Source: Lama guanicoe
Taxonomy: Eukaryota
Assembly (NCBI GenBank): GCA_013239625.1
Contig: MU054001.1
Location: 7,804,911-7,867,352, forward strand
Length of the DNA stretch: 62,442 bases
Direction: 5' to 3'
Below are positions 40,561 to 54,100 of the stretch, one piece after another. The notes under the pieces were generated by a model, which did no database searches, was not told the origin of the DNA, and saw only the letters and a list, made by a program, of their open reading frames with translations. A program made the position numbers and the translations under genes. Position 1 is the stretch's first letter. The number at the start of each line of letters is the position of its first letter.

Positions 40561-43500
40561 ATAATAAGACCACAAATGATCTAAATATTATTTTGATTTC
40601 TTGAATATATGTAAGCACATCTGACTGTCCTTTGTGATTGGATTACCATATTCTGTTTATTATTCTTTTGTAGATGTCCTTATTCCTCTGGTAACTGTAA
40701 TTTAAAAAATCTAAAGCTCTAATCTTTTCTTAGAAACAATAATTAGTACATATATGTAAACTAAAAAATACAGTATACTCTATACATGTATTTACATGCA
40801 ATATTTGAATGTGAAGTTGAACTGTAATAATTCTACTTAATAAAATTGAGAAAGGAAAAAAAATAAAAAATTATTTTAAAAAATCACCCCTCTTTAGATA
40901 TTAAAACGTTCATTTCTGAGATTCTGTGAAAGACAGCATGGAAGTAGGTTTTTAAGATTTTCTCCTTGCTCTTCAGTGAGCAGCCTGGGCTGCACAGCTT
41001 GGCTGCCACAGGCACCCAGGACTTACTGGCTTGCTCCTCACTTGTTCGGAGGAAGGTTAGCTGCTTCAGGAATATTTATGCTCCTAGAAGTTGCTGAAAG
41101 CCCCACAGAGCTTCTGTTTACATGGAGAGTATCTGTCAATATACCCCATTTAAGAAATTAGAACAGAGAATTTAAACCCAGGAACTGACAAGCACACGCT
41201 GTCCCAGCACGTGGTCAAAGCAACGCTGCCACGGTGGCGTGTTTTGGTTCTAGAAAAAATGCACCATACACTCAAGAATGAGGGTGAACCCACAGATCTC
41301 ATCTCAGCAATGCTATGAAGAGGTGTGACCCAAAGCCCCTAAAATGGTGCTGAAGTCCCCAGATGTCTCAGAACACACAGAACCATGGGACCAAGAATCC
41401 AGTGTCTCGTGGATCATCAGCCGTGGAGACCGCATCCTGGGTCAGGAGGAGCAGAAGTAGGGATGGCAGGCACACAGTCCTATTGACAGCAAAGCTTTAA
41501 AGCTTTTGAATTGACTGAAAGTTTGGCAAAGATTTGCATTTAGAATACTACATTTCCTCTCCTGGAGAAGACGTTAGAAACACTGATGAATAGAGGATGA
41601 TTGTAATGGATTAATTATGATGCTGATGACATGCACTGCGAACACTAACCCTGCACTCAGTGTAGACTAAGCCTTTTATGTACACACTTCATTAGGTCTC
41701 CACGCCCCTGCAAGTTGGCATTAAGCACTCATACAACCATGAAACCAGTGACTATAAAAGAGTCACAAGCCTTCCTCTCCAGCATGAGTTAGCAAAACCA
41801 GCAAGGATTTTCAATGACAAAAGCCAAAATCATATATATTTGGGAAAGAAAGCAAACGAAACACTGAAGAACAATAAACCAAAAGAGCAGATGGAATGGA
41901 AAATTTTATTGAAGAAAGCAATGATTGATTCAATTAAAACAGCTAATGTCCCTGGTGTAATTGAGCCATCAATCCAAATTTTTGGAAAAGTGGGTCGTGA
42001 AATTATTGTCTCATTTAATATTGGAATTCCTATTTGGACCAATTTGATATGCATCACTGGTGAGAGGTTAGATATTTAGGTAAATAACAATATTCTTATT
42101 TTTTAAGTTAACAGGAAACATAACACAGGACTCTGGATTTAGGGAGAGAATGCAAACAACTACTATCATACTCCATCCAGTAAGGACACGTGTCCCTGCG
42201 TCACCAAAGCAATGAGAATTTGCACAAAGAAAACACAGTTCTCCAATTGTGACAAATACGAGACCGTGAGCCATGAATTACGACAACAAGCAACTGTTTG
42301 AATGCCATGGGCAAATTTTTTTTTATCATCTTGAAAATATCACTGATGTTCCAGGTAAGAAAAAGAGTTGTTTTACTAACAAATCCAACTGACACAGGGG
42401 TTTTTCCAAGTGAGAAGGTGATTCCAAAAAGTGCACTAAAATGAGTAAAGATGATCTGTGCAGTGACGGAGATGGTCTTAGACTAATCAGCATCACGATT
42501 CCCGGTTTTACACTTGCTCTCTGCTCGTCACCTCTGACACAAGAACTCATCAAATGATTTTTTTTCTTTAGGGAAAAAAAGATGAATAAAATCTAACTAC
42601 AAGATGTGGTATGTAAAGTGGTAATGAAGTTGTCTAACCTTATAATGCAGCCAGTGTAATGCAGCACTTATTCGGGCACTAGAATTTTTTAATTCGTGAT
42701 TTCTTTTATACCCTATTTCTATCCTAAAGGAGACACTTAAAGTTTTCTACTTTATTCAACATATCTTGTTAGGGTTATGATATACACTGGTATGGCAGTT
42801 TTCAGAGATTTAAAATCACCTCTGTGTTTGTGGTCAAGGCTCCCTCACAGCTGCGACGGAGGAGGAATCCCCGGAGGCAGCCTCCGGGCAGCTTCCAAAC
42901 CGCATTTGCTTGCACTTGGCACAGGACACCATCAGGAACTGTAATTCTGACAAGGAGATTTCCCCGGGGACCTGGGAGGTGCTCTAACATTGTGAAGCCA
43001 CTTGTTTCCCATTAGGTAAGGCTTGGAAAAATAGTTTACTAGAAGCCACTTTCTTTGAATGTGACTTTTGTCCTGAGAGGTCACTAATTAGCATAGAATA
43101 TAAAATACCCCATAATATAAGAATTTAGGTACCACATCTTTCCATCTACCTGTCTATTTGTTTATCATATTTATGGTTAGGTTACATTTTCTATGACGTT
43201 CACTTCCGGGCACCAGAAAAGAAAGGTTATAAAATATTTATTATAAACAGGGGGGACTGGGTCTAAGGCTTAAAAACCACTACTGCTAACAATAAAAACC
43301 ATATAATAGTTTTAATCTCAGTTGTATCAGACCTTCCAGAATTACTCCCTCAATTTCATTGTTAAAACAGTAATGAAATCTCTGTTCTTCCAAGACTCGG
43401 GCCTGATCGCCACCCATCCAGACATCTGTCTGTGGGTCCCTATTTGTCCTCTAGGCCCCCGAACACACCTTACGGGGTGAACATTCTTCAGTGTCCCTAC

Positions 43501-46500
43501 TGTAGGGGAAACCTGAAAGTCCCAGGCACTGTCCAGGAGTCACACCTACCTACAAAAATCAAAGTCATGTGACTGAGATGGGACAACACAGGTGGTGTGA
43601 TAGGGCTGAAAGCTCACCAAAAACAGGTTTGGGGGCCTAACCCAAGCCCTCCGGCTCCTAACATGAAGAAGGACACGGAGGCCCAATTAGCCACGAGACT
43701 GGGGTCCTTCATTACTCCATGAATAAAGGATTTGTGCCAGTGCCACCTTTAGACAGGGAACCCCAGAACCCAGAAATGGAAGCACCCCATCCCCTCTCCT
43801 CTGAACAAATATTCTCTCAAGACACGTAGTGAGAGATGTGAGCCCCGGTGAGCTCTGGAATAAGATGCAATCTGAAAGACTGCTGGTAACAAATGGTGTG
43901 GAGCTCGGGCAGCCCCAGGGCCACCAGCCCTTCTGGTACCACTGATGCCCACACATCCATCCACAACAGTTTCTTCAGGACACTTACGCACACATAACCA
44001 TCACACAAAAATGATTGCTTAGACATATTATAAGAGAAATAACATTCTGAGAATGCCAAATTCATGACAATTCAGAGTCAAGACCCCAGAGTATTTACTG
44101 AATGAGATCTCACGTGTGCTCCGCAGTGAGCTTTAAACCCTTAGGACACAGTCATGGAACAGTAGGCATTTTCTTTCTTTCCTCCAAGTTGGCTTTACTG
44201 GAGAACTCCATAGACACAGGAAGACTCTGGATCCCACCTCTACTACTTACACAAAGGGCTCAACATGTGGAGAGGGATCAGCGCTGGTGCAACCGGATCC
44301 AATGTGAGCACTCCAGTGCCCAGCTCCCCGAGGAGAAGAGCTCCCACCACAGGAGCAGAGACCCCCAGGAGCAGAGCTGCCCCCACAGGCACTGCAGTGC
44401 CTGCAAGAATCAGGAGTCTGATGAGTGAGCCTGGAGCGGTCAAGACAGGAAGGAAGCACCGCTCCCTCAAGCTCTGCAGATGATCTCTGTGTCATCTTGA
44501 ATACATACAGTCAGCATTAAAGATGTTTGACAAGAGGGTAAAAGGTAAGGCCTCCCCAAATCTCCATGCATTCCTTTTGTGGGAGTCCTGTTAGAACACA
44601 TGGTGACAAGAGACGCTGGCTTTACATGCGCACGTTGCCCTGAGGGTTGCAGGGGAGGCCACGGTGCTGCCTCTGCCCCACCTCCTGCCCTCATCCCCTA
44701 AACCTCACAGGGGCCACTGACACGTTTCTCTGACTTTCTCCCCTTGGTATTGCTGCTCTTCCAGCTTTTAAGAGCTCATAAGAACCTCACCAGAAAATCT
44801 TTAACAATGAACCCAAATCAAATGAAATCAACCACAGAAACACACTGCCTTCATCATTACTTTATATTTTAGGAAGAAATTCTAGAAGACGACTCTCTGA
44901 CCTGAAGGGATGGATGGAGGAGAAAAGAAAAGATGACAAGCATTTTTGGCCCATAAATAATGAGAGGTAACCAGATGGTGGCTAGTTTTCATTGCACCTC
45001 TCTGCCCGCACCAATTTCACATGCCCCTCCCAACTCCACTCATCAGAACTCGACTGAAGGAGACAGCTGTGCAAATTTATTGGAAGCCAAAGAAATCGTT
45101 CCAGAAACAGTCTCCCAAACCCAGTGAGAACACTGAAAGCTGACCAGTGCCAGGATCTGAATACTAAAACACACAGATTCAAACTCTGACACCCTCCCTG
45201 GTGGGTGTACTTACAGTGGGGGTGTCGCCATGCCATTTGTCAGCATCCAACATATAAAAATGAAAGGGACACCAGTTTTCAACATCACAGTCCCTCTGAA
45301 ACAACTGGTAGTCAATTAGCGTTTGTCGGCAGCAAAAGTCGATTTTATCCCCTGCACGTGGAGGTCAACACACAGAAGAGACTGATGATCCCCGCTACGA
45401 ATGTAGCTAAGTGTGTCTAAGCAAACTGGCTCCATCAGCCTCCTGATGAGCAGGGGAGTGTGTGAGCCACGGGGCTCTGCAGAATAATGGCCAGGCAAGG
45501 AGGGCGCTTCCTTACTTTGGGGAGAAAAACGCGGAAGCAACACTCGCTGGAAATAAATTCAAATTAAAATTTCAGGTGCGGTTCCTGCAGCGTAACCCCC
45601 GCCAATAGTTGAGGCTCTCTCAGTGCTGTCCAGTCATGTGAGCCAGGCTCATTATTATACCTGTGTGTTTGGTTTAGCAAATGAATCATGTCTGTTTCCT
45701 GGAAATTACATGAGTGTGGAAAACCATCCAAACATGTTCACTTATTTGTTGTGGAATTTGTTTAATCTTCTTAAGAGCATTTACAATGACAACCTTCTTA
45801 AATAAGCATCTTTGCCCGAGAGACCTTTCCAGGCACATGTGCCAAAACCTAGGACAACCCAGAAGCAAAATCAAAACAGTTTCAGCGGCCCAGCACTGCA
45901 GAATGTGTCTAGTTTGGGAATCAAGGATTTTTTTCTTCACACCCTTATACTCTTCTGCCCAAATTAATCAGCCTCTGCTGCTCTTGTATACTGAGTATCG
46001 TATGACTCATCTTCTCTGCCTGTAAAATGGAAATGGGAGATACTTCTACCCAATAAAATGTCATAGAACTAACCACCAAAATTATATATATTTAAAAAAA
46101 AATGCCAGGGCTTTATGCTGTCCAGGGTTATGAATCATTTATTTAATGTGTCAATTGTTACAAGAATAAACTTTTTTAAATGTAAAACCTCCTCAGAAAT
46201 CTTCAACTACTGTTCAAGAAAAATATCACAGAAAATTTCTGAAAAGTATTGAAAGGAAAATCATTTTTAACTGAATCATATTCTAGGCACACCTAATAAA
46301 TTCTCTTTAGAGAACTCCTACTTTTTTTAATAAATGACCTATAAAAATACACCCAGCATTAGTCAGTAAATCTTCATTCCTTTTTTTTTAAATTCTTAAG
46401 GCATGCTATTTTTCTTAAATCAAATGAGGAGGTATTCACAAGCCAATGGACAACGGAATTACCTAAGAAGTCATTATAAAGCGGCAAGAGCAACTAGCAC

Positions 46501-46539
46501 TTTGCCAAGCATTCTGCCTGAGAGTCACTCATACCATCT

Positions 46540-46690
46540 CATTTTGACCTGACTGCTTGGAGGTGAGTTCCATCTGCCCATTTAACACATGAAGAAACTG
46601 AGGCTCTGGGTGGTCATGTTTCCAGTACTTGATGGAGCCAGGATCCAAACCCGGATTTTTGTTTATAGAGCCTGTGCCTTTACCAGATCA
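46540..46690 (-). mobile_element. MIR SINE
   Basis: cccatttaacacatgaagaaactgaggctc...ggagccaggatccaaaccc. Confidence 0.6.
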
Positions 46691-47545
46691 CATTTACATT
46701 TCTCACACTTCAAATGCACTCAGTCCCCGAGGTAACACACCTTCTTTGCGTTTCTGAGAGTTTTAGGAAGTACTTAATTAGAAGGACTAATCAGACATTT
46801 GTGTGGGCTAATTTTTTATTTTCTGATTTTTCTGAATCAGTTCAGGCTGAATTCATACTACTTAAGAGGAGAAGTCTTGAGGCAGAGGAGAGAGGGGAAG
46901 ATAAGCCAGACATAAACAATTTCAAGTGCTCCACTTCATCAAGGAAGCAAAGTATTAAATAAACCACTTCAGCAACACGCTTGTCATAAACCTTGGTGTC
47001 TCTGTCTCAGCCTGAAGGAGGGTAAGCCCTCCAGCCCATCTGCATTCCAGGAACTTACCCTGGATGATCCTGGTTCCCTCACCTGTGACATGTGTGTTCT
47101 CCAGGGAATCTTTGTAGAGATTAAATGATAAAACTATATGCAAAGGAGATACTTATTAGCTAGACAGTAGGCACTAAACAAATATTAAAATTATTTTATT
47201 TCATGAAAATGGGAGGTTGGTCTCCCAATTAAACATTCCTGATAGAATCCCAACAAGGAGTTTAGTTTATCTGCCAGAAATTGTAAAATAACTTTTCTTT
47301 TTTAAAGGCTGTATCCATTCTCCCTACTTTGTACCAATCCTGGCTGTTATCCTGAAAATCTATTCCCAGAACTTGGCATCCATCTCCCATATTTAAATCC
47401 TTAAAGTTTGAAATTATGATGAAGCTTGGGCACATAAAGATTCACACCATAATTCACAGAATAAACAAAGACCACAGGAACAGGGCCACCTCCAGACCCC
47501 ATGTGCTCAGGATAGGCTCCAAACTTCATAAAATCAGATGCATGC

Positions 47546-48185
47546 TGTTTGAAGAGAAAGAAAACTGAATGTGATCAAGGAGGCTGACATAGAGCACTGG
47601 CCGGCTCAAGAGACGACTCCATCACCCCCTCGTCTGACTTAAGTCATCTAACGGTTATCAGATGATCTCTAACTAAAAGTAAAACAGGGGTAGGGTTGGA
47701 AAGTAACAGTTTTTCCTACAATATATACATATTGTCAACTAAAACTTGGCACTTGTCATCTGCCTCTGCTTTGATTAAGTCATGAGCCACTGCAACTGCT
47801 GACCTTCAACACCCTCTGAAAGTAGTTCAGGGTGGAGATCAGGAATGGGGCACTCTGTCCTCTGGGAAAATGGGCAGAAAAGCCTTCAGATAGTTAGACA
47901 TTTTCAGGAAATTTTAAGAGCTCAAATTCTTACATCTCCTCCTATCTACAAAAGCACTAAAATCATTAACAGAGACACCTGCTCCTCGACTAGCAGGAGC
48001 CTCTGACCTAACTTATCCTTGACTGCACGTCCCCCTTCAATGAAATCTCATATAATGCTGAGCTCCCCCTCATCTTCAGAGCAGTTCCTCCGAGCTCTCT
48101 GAGATGCTGATACCTGGGCTCTGGTCCTCATTTTGCCCCAGATAAAACTTAACCCACAATGCTCACGTTGTGTGGTTTATTGACA
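47546..48185 (+). mobile_element. Probable solo ERV1-type LTR
   Basis: TG...CA ends, LTR-like gactccatc, tataa at ~48051, gataaaacttaac at ~48141, ends ttattgaCA. TSD not clean (atgc/gtac). Confidence 0.6.
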
Positions 48186-49624
48186 GTACCACAAAAATTA
48201 AGCTTAGATAATTGAACTCATAGTAAACATTGAGTATCAAATGTTTCTTGACTTAAATTACTTTTTACAAGTAAATATTTTTTCCATTTCTTAAATATAG
48301 CATCTTTAAATATAAATTAACGGATATTTGTGAAACTTAGGAAAATATATTCTGGAAAAAATTTTTAGCTATTTAATAAAAAAGCTATTGTGTGGAGTTA
48401 TAGAAATTCAGAAGTGGAAAAGAATAGTATTGTAACTCAAGTTCTTGTTTTAATTGCAGAGATCCTTAGTCCTCAAAAGACATATAAATTTGCCTGATTT
48501 TATACACTGTCCTTTAACAGAAAACCTAGAACTAAGATCCTGCTCTTTGAGATACCAAGACTTGCTCTGCTGGTGCAGGGCTGAACTTTATATAAGTGGG
48601 TCGTGAGAAAGAACCAGAATGCGGGGGCCTGGGCGAGGCAGCGGAGGAAAGGAGGGTCTCACCTGGTCGTGGGTGAGAAATAGGCCCCCACAGTGCTGGT
48701 GTGATGGGCATCCCTCAAGTGCCTGAAAACTGCTATTTAGCACACCTGTCACCAAAACGCACATGAGCTGTTTAACTAGAAGGCTGACCAGGAGGCTTTC
48801 CCAGTGACAAAACAAGCTATTTTCACGTTAACTCTACAACTACAGGAAGAGAAAGAATAGAAAGCTGATATTGATTATTAATAATTTACAACAAGAACCA
48901 AGGAATTTCCAGGAGAAATGTAAAGACTTGTTGGAAGTTTCATTATGTGAACTTACTGCCAATTCAGTTGTCTTAAAAATTGTTCTATAAAATATATTGT
49001 CCTTTGCTGTTCCAAATCACATTTGAAAGAAATAATGTTTCTTAAGGGTGTTTCTGAAATTTTCTTCTATTTCCTAACACCAAATCTCAGAGCTTTAAAG
49101 AAATGGAGGGTTGGAATTTCGTCCACTCTTCTCTAGGCAATTTATTGTTCCTTGAAAGAACAAGGGGGGATTCACACAGAAAAGCATTTGAGCAGCAGGC
49201 TGCTTACATTTCCTCTGGAAGTCTTGGAAAATGACGTGGAAATGAACAGCAGGACAGAAACCTGGCGGGAGGGTCACTGGCTAGAAGGTGAGAACAAATG
49301 TGTTCTCCAACGTGCTCTGGTAGCCACTAGTTTAAATGAACCGAGCAATTGTTCCAGCATACACGCACTTCTACATGAAAATCTCAACCGTTACCAACCG
49401 CTCAGTGCAGCCCGAAGCAATAGACGGACTTCAGAGGACCCCGGCGGCTCATCGTGATGTTTTACACCAGGTGCAGGATGATCGATTCCTCCCCGTCCAC
49501 TCCCTCCCCTCCCCCTCCCTCCCCTCCCCTCGAGGGAGATGGCTGGTCCTGAGTTGAGCTTACCTCATAGCAAGCTGTCCCTCAGCCCTCTGTCTAAAGC
49601 AAGATAAAAACATGAAAGCTACCT

Positions 49625-49880
49625 GGGAATTTACAGAACCATCCCAAAAGGGAACTGAAGCACCTTTCTTCCCTCCTTTCTGCTGCCTGGAATGTGGACC
49701 TGATGGTTGACCCTCAGGCAGCCACTTTGGGCCATCAGGTTGATGGCCTGAAGATAACAGGCATCCTGTTCTCTGACCCAGGGGCCATCATACAAACCAG
49801 CCCTGGGCTGCCGATTGCTTGACTTCTTTATGTAAGAGGGAAATACAATTTTAGCATGTTTAAGCAACTGCTGTTATCTG
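49625..49880 (+). mobile_element. MLT1-like (ERVL-MaLR) LTR fragment
   Basis: ctgctgcctggaatgtggacctgatgg...gcagccactttgggccat...gacttctttatgtaagagggaaatac...tgtttaagcaactg. Confidence 0.6.
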
Positions 49881-50717
49881 GAGAACTAGGTGTTTTACAT
49901 TGCCATGGTAAGACCTAATAATAAACTTAAATATTCACCAAAAACTATTTAACAAATAGTTAATAAATGATAAAGAGATCTTGATTTTTGTTTTAATGCT
50001 GTGAAATGTAAATCAAGTTTCAGCATATGACAATAAAACAAGACATTTTGGAGATAAAGCAAAACAGAATTTGTAGAACAGAGACCCATAGCATCCTCCT
50101 CTTCAAGGCACAGGGCAGCCGTGACTCTACGTGCCAAGGCTGGAGTCACATTGGCTCCCTGTTTTCCTTGTCTTGGGTTGTGTTTTGTTTCCAGCCTTGG
50201 GAAAAATGGATAAGACTGCTGGTCAAATCATTTCAGGAGCAGCTTCCATTATGTAGAACCCCTGTCTCTTCCTTTCCTCTGCCTCCTGGAATGTTGTGAC
50301 ACAATTAATCAGTCCAGCCTTCTAAACTGAGCAAATGGAGCTCAATCAATCTGCTTTTAGACACAGTTAAGAAATAGACATTAAAAAGCATAACTAGGAA
50401 ATCTTATCTTCCAGAGGTCATTGCACAGATGAAATAGGAGAATATCTGTGAATCACTCTGTAAACACTAAGTACAATACAAACAATAGTAGTACTGATTC
50501 TATGTCACATTCATCAAAAAAGGAAAACAGAACAGTTTTCTACCAGAAGGAGAAGGTGCTTTGCAATTTTCTGTCACTTTAATTCTTCAAAAGTTTCTAT
50601 AAAATTGATGTCTTTAGAAAAATCAATGCACATTAGGGACTAATTTTAATTCCTTCATCTCCCCCGGTTTAACACATATCAAGAATGTTACCATTTCTAG
50701 ACATTTTACTTAGGAAA

Positions 50718-50911
50718 NNNNNNNNNNNNNNNNNNNNNNNNNNNNNNNNNNNNNNNNNNNNNNNNNNNNNNNNNNNNNNNNNNNNNNNNNNNNNNNNNNN
50801 NNNNNNNNNNNNNNNNNNNNNNNNNNNNNNNNNNNNNNNNNNNNNNNNNNNNNNNNNNNNNNNNNNNNNNNNNNNNNNNNNNNNNNNNNNNNNNNNNNNN
50901 NNNNNNNNNNN
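50718..50911. other. Assembly gap (N)
   Basis: Run of N. Confidence 1.
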
Positions 50912-52596
50912 ATCATTACCACTTTAGAGACTGAAATCTTACCCTCCTCATCCATGTGGACATAGCATCCTTACTGATTCCTAACATGAAAAATGACCAT
51001 CGATGACATCTCAGGATGCTCCAATGCAGAGGTTCTCTGCTGCAGTGAGGAGGAAAGAGCCGTGTGCTTCAAGATGCACTTACTGTCTGTAGCTCATCTG
51101 GCAAGACAATGCAACTTGTCTAAGCTAAATCTTAAAAGTGGACAATAGAGACAACATCCATGGCAAAGGGCATTTGGAGGCTAATTCCTTGGCCCCACTT
51201 CATCGCTTCTCAAGAGCCGTGGGCAATATCTTGAGAAAGGCAGCAACGTGGTACCCTAGTCATCAAAAAGCTGCACCTCCTACTAGTTGATAGTAAAGCA
51301 AGTGTCATCTTGCTCAACAGATCTCCCTGTGTCTCTACAGTGTATGGCTAAATTTTCTTTATTTTCTAGGTTTGGGGACACTCCATTTATGAAAATCCCC
51401 CTCCCTGCATTAGAAATTCTTAGTTTTCCAATCACAATGCAGGGTTGAAGGGGGGATAACAGAGCTGACAAAACACAGATCACTATTTATTCCTTGATAT
51501 ATTTTTGGCACATGGACTAAAAATCTTTGGGTCAGTTGGACAACAAGATCATATCTAATTTACACAATTGTCAACTGTCATTTTACTACCAGCTCCTGAA
51601 ACAGTCACGTGGTCACTAGGTTTTTTTTCCTTCCCTTGACCCATGGATTTGATGATTTCTAACCAGACACAATAGATTTTTGAAAAGAAATCTGTTTCAC
51701 CTTTTGCTTTTAAACTAAATTTGTGTACCTGACAGTGACTTCACTCTAACATTCACAAAAAGCTATCCAAGGACACCCCCTTTTGACATCATCTCTAGAT
51801 GTCTTGAATACACTGCTGAGCTGATTCTTCCAGATCATTAAAATATATATGCACATTATGGTGTGGTCCTCTTCAATTTGTGGTGTTTTCAGTATTCATT
51901 ACCTCTTTGGATACTTTATTACACATTTAGCATTTCTTTATCCAATTCAGTTACATTAGTATATAAGATTTCAAAAGAACTGGTTTCTCAAAATGATGAT
52001 ATTTAACATCTATGGCCTTTTCTTAATCAAGTAATTCTGTAAGGCTGTCAAGGACAGCAGTGCAAGTTGTGTGTGGTGATTGCTGCTTCAGAGTCTCCAA
52101 TCCTGTCCCATGATCTTGCATGTGTTTACGCATCCTTGTGAATGTCAACACATCAGTATATTAGGAGCTGAAATTAAACTACCCGGACTGAAATTAATTG
52201 GATGCTAATTTTTCTTTTTAAAAACAATAAACTCAATTCCCCCTACAAATTCTTTATTGTTTCTCACACTGAGGCTCAACACTTTTCCTAATATATATGT
52301 TTGGTGGGGAGGGGGGCACACAGCCCTGAAAGCCTGCAGACAGCACCAACTCTATAAGATTAACCAGAGGTGGCCGTGGATGTTGTGTGACTTCAGCCAA
52401 TGAGCACGAGCATCTACTGTCCCTCCAACTGTTCTGCATCCATTGTTGACAGCCCTGAAGGTCACTGCCCCTTGTAAAATTCTACATTACAGTTCATATA
52501 TTTTTAAAAGGTATCAAATTGTGAAAATCGTCTGTTTGTGTAAAATGGGGTGTACTTGCCTTTGCTTATTTCAGGCTAAACTAAGTCCAGAAGGAT

Positions 52597-52617
52597 ACAC
52601 ACACACACACACACACA
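52597..52617. repeat. (CA)n microsatellite
   Basis: Direct read. Confidence 0.9.
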
Positions 52618-53194
52618 CTCAGTTCTGAGTGCCCCCAAAGAAAAGTTTGAAAGGCTTTGGGACAGTGGTGGCATTCAAACCTTTGGAATTTTGAGCTCTA
52701 TGAAAGTATCATTTATTCAGAAATTAAGCATTATAATTCTAGACCAAGAGAATCAGAATACCCCACAAGTTACTTACCAGAATTTTTTTAAAGAAACTAT
52801 CTTCCCTAAAATCCAATGATAAATCAAATATCCATGGAAAGAATATAGATCAGTAATATTAAGCAACAATTTCTACACTAATGTTGATTAGCCATCAGCC
52901 CAAACCAAAGGACATAGAAATAAGACACCTGGAGATAAAGAGATGGAAGAGAGGTATTAAAAAGCAAGAATATAAAAGAAGTAATGGTCCTATGGAAACC
53001 TGGTCATTTTTTTGAATACTTGATTAAAGGAAATCACTCTTGAGGACTGGAAATGCACCAAGAGGAAATCTAGCAGGGAAAAGAAGCAGAAGCAGGTCTC
53101 AGTTTTCTCCGAGGCTGATCCTAAATGAAAAATATTTCCTTGGCTTCCACAATACACAACCTGCATTGATGTCTAAACAGAAGAGTGAAGAGGA

Positions 53195-54100
53195 GAGAAA
53201 ACCGAATGTGTGTGGAAGCCATCCTTCACGAACACTGCTGGAAACACAGAATTGTGGTGTTGGGGCAATGCCCGACCGATATATATAACAGCAGGAATAA
53301 GCTCTACCTAGGTTTCTGAGCGAAAAATGTTTTTAGCTTTAAATCTACTCAAGTAAACATGCAGAGGAATCATGGTAAGTGCTTGAGATATAGCCTTGCT
53401 GTTTAGGTGAGATAAAGGAATTCTTCTACACTTGTTCCATTTTGGAAACATACGTGAGTGGAAGCCAACCTTCACCTAGGTTTTTGAGAACCCAGAGTTT
53501 CTGGCCTTGGGGAATTACGGTACTTACATATATAAGGGGAGGCACAAGCTCCAGGTGGCTTTTCCATTCCAAAGAGCTTTTACTTGAAACTGGCTTTCAG
53601 AATCATGCTGAGAAGTCAGAGTTAGTGTTTCTATATGTCACTCAACCTTTTATGCTGTATGAAAGAACTCCATACCACATGCTTAATTTTCAGATATGTA
53701 TGAGTTTGGGAGCCGTCCTTCAACTTGCTAATTGGGAACCCACAGTTTCTGCGGTAGGGAAACTACGCTACATACGTATCTATGGGGATGCACTACTACC
53801 AAAACAGTTTTTCACTGCAAACTGCGTTTACTTGCAACCGGCTCTGAAAAACATACTGAGAAATCAGAGTAAGTGTTTCTGTATGTCACTTAACCTTCAA
53901 TGCTGGATGAAAGAACACCTCTCCACAAGATCACTTCTGACATTTGAATTTGTGTTGGAGACGTCCTTCTCCTAACATGTTGGAAAACCAGAGTTTCTGG
54001 AAGAGGGGAACAACCCAATTTACATATGAAAGTGGAGCAACATGATTCAAACAAAGCATTTCACCAAAGCAAAGCGATTTTTCTTTGAAACCAGCGTTTC
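53195..54100 (-). repeat. About 3.6 diverged satellite monomers, inverted relative to the main array
   Basis: The motif g(g/a)agcc(a/g)tccttcac (reverse complement of the array motif gtgaaggacggctttc) recurs at 53214, 53460, 53708 and 53956 (period 246-248). Confidence 0.85.

Noticed and set aside
40977..41060. Acceptor-like ttcag followed by cctgggctgc as the next TRAPPC9 exon (GWAA)
   Set aside because: Similarity is only about 9 nt; no frame gives [11 protein letters not shown].
41943..42354. Two apparent + strand exons (41943-42059 and 42115-42354)
   Set aside because: The implied intron is only ~55 nt, the second segment has stops in all frames, and no protein was recognised. Kept only as part of the unidentified block.
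44243..44495. GC-rich overlapping ORFs with a hydrophobic or Cys/Gly-rich look
   Set aside because: Explained by a short local imperfect duplication (cctgtgg..g..agctct.ctcct.gggg) and GC content; no recognisable homology.
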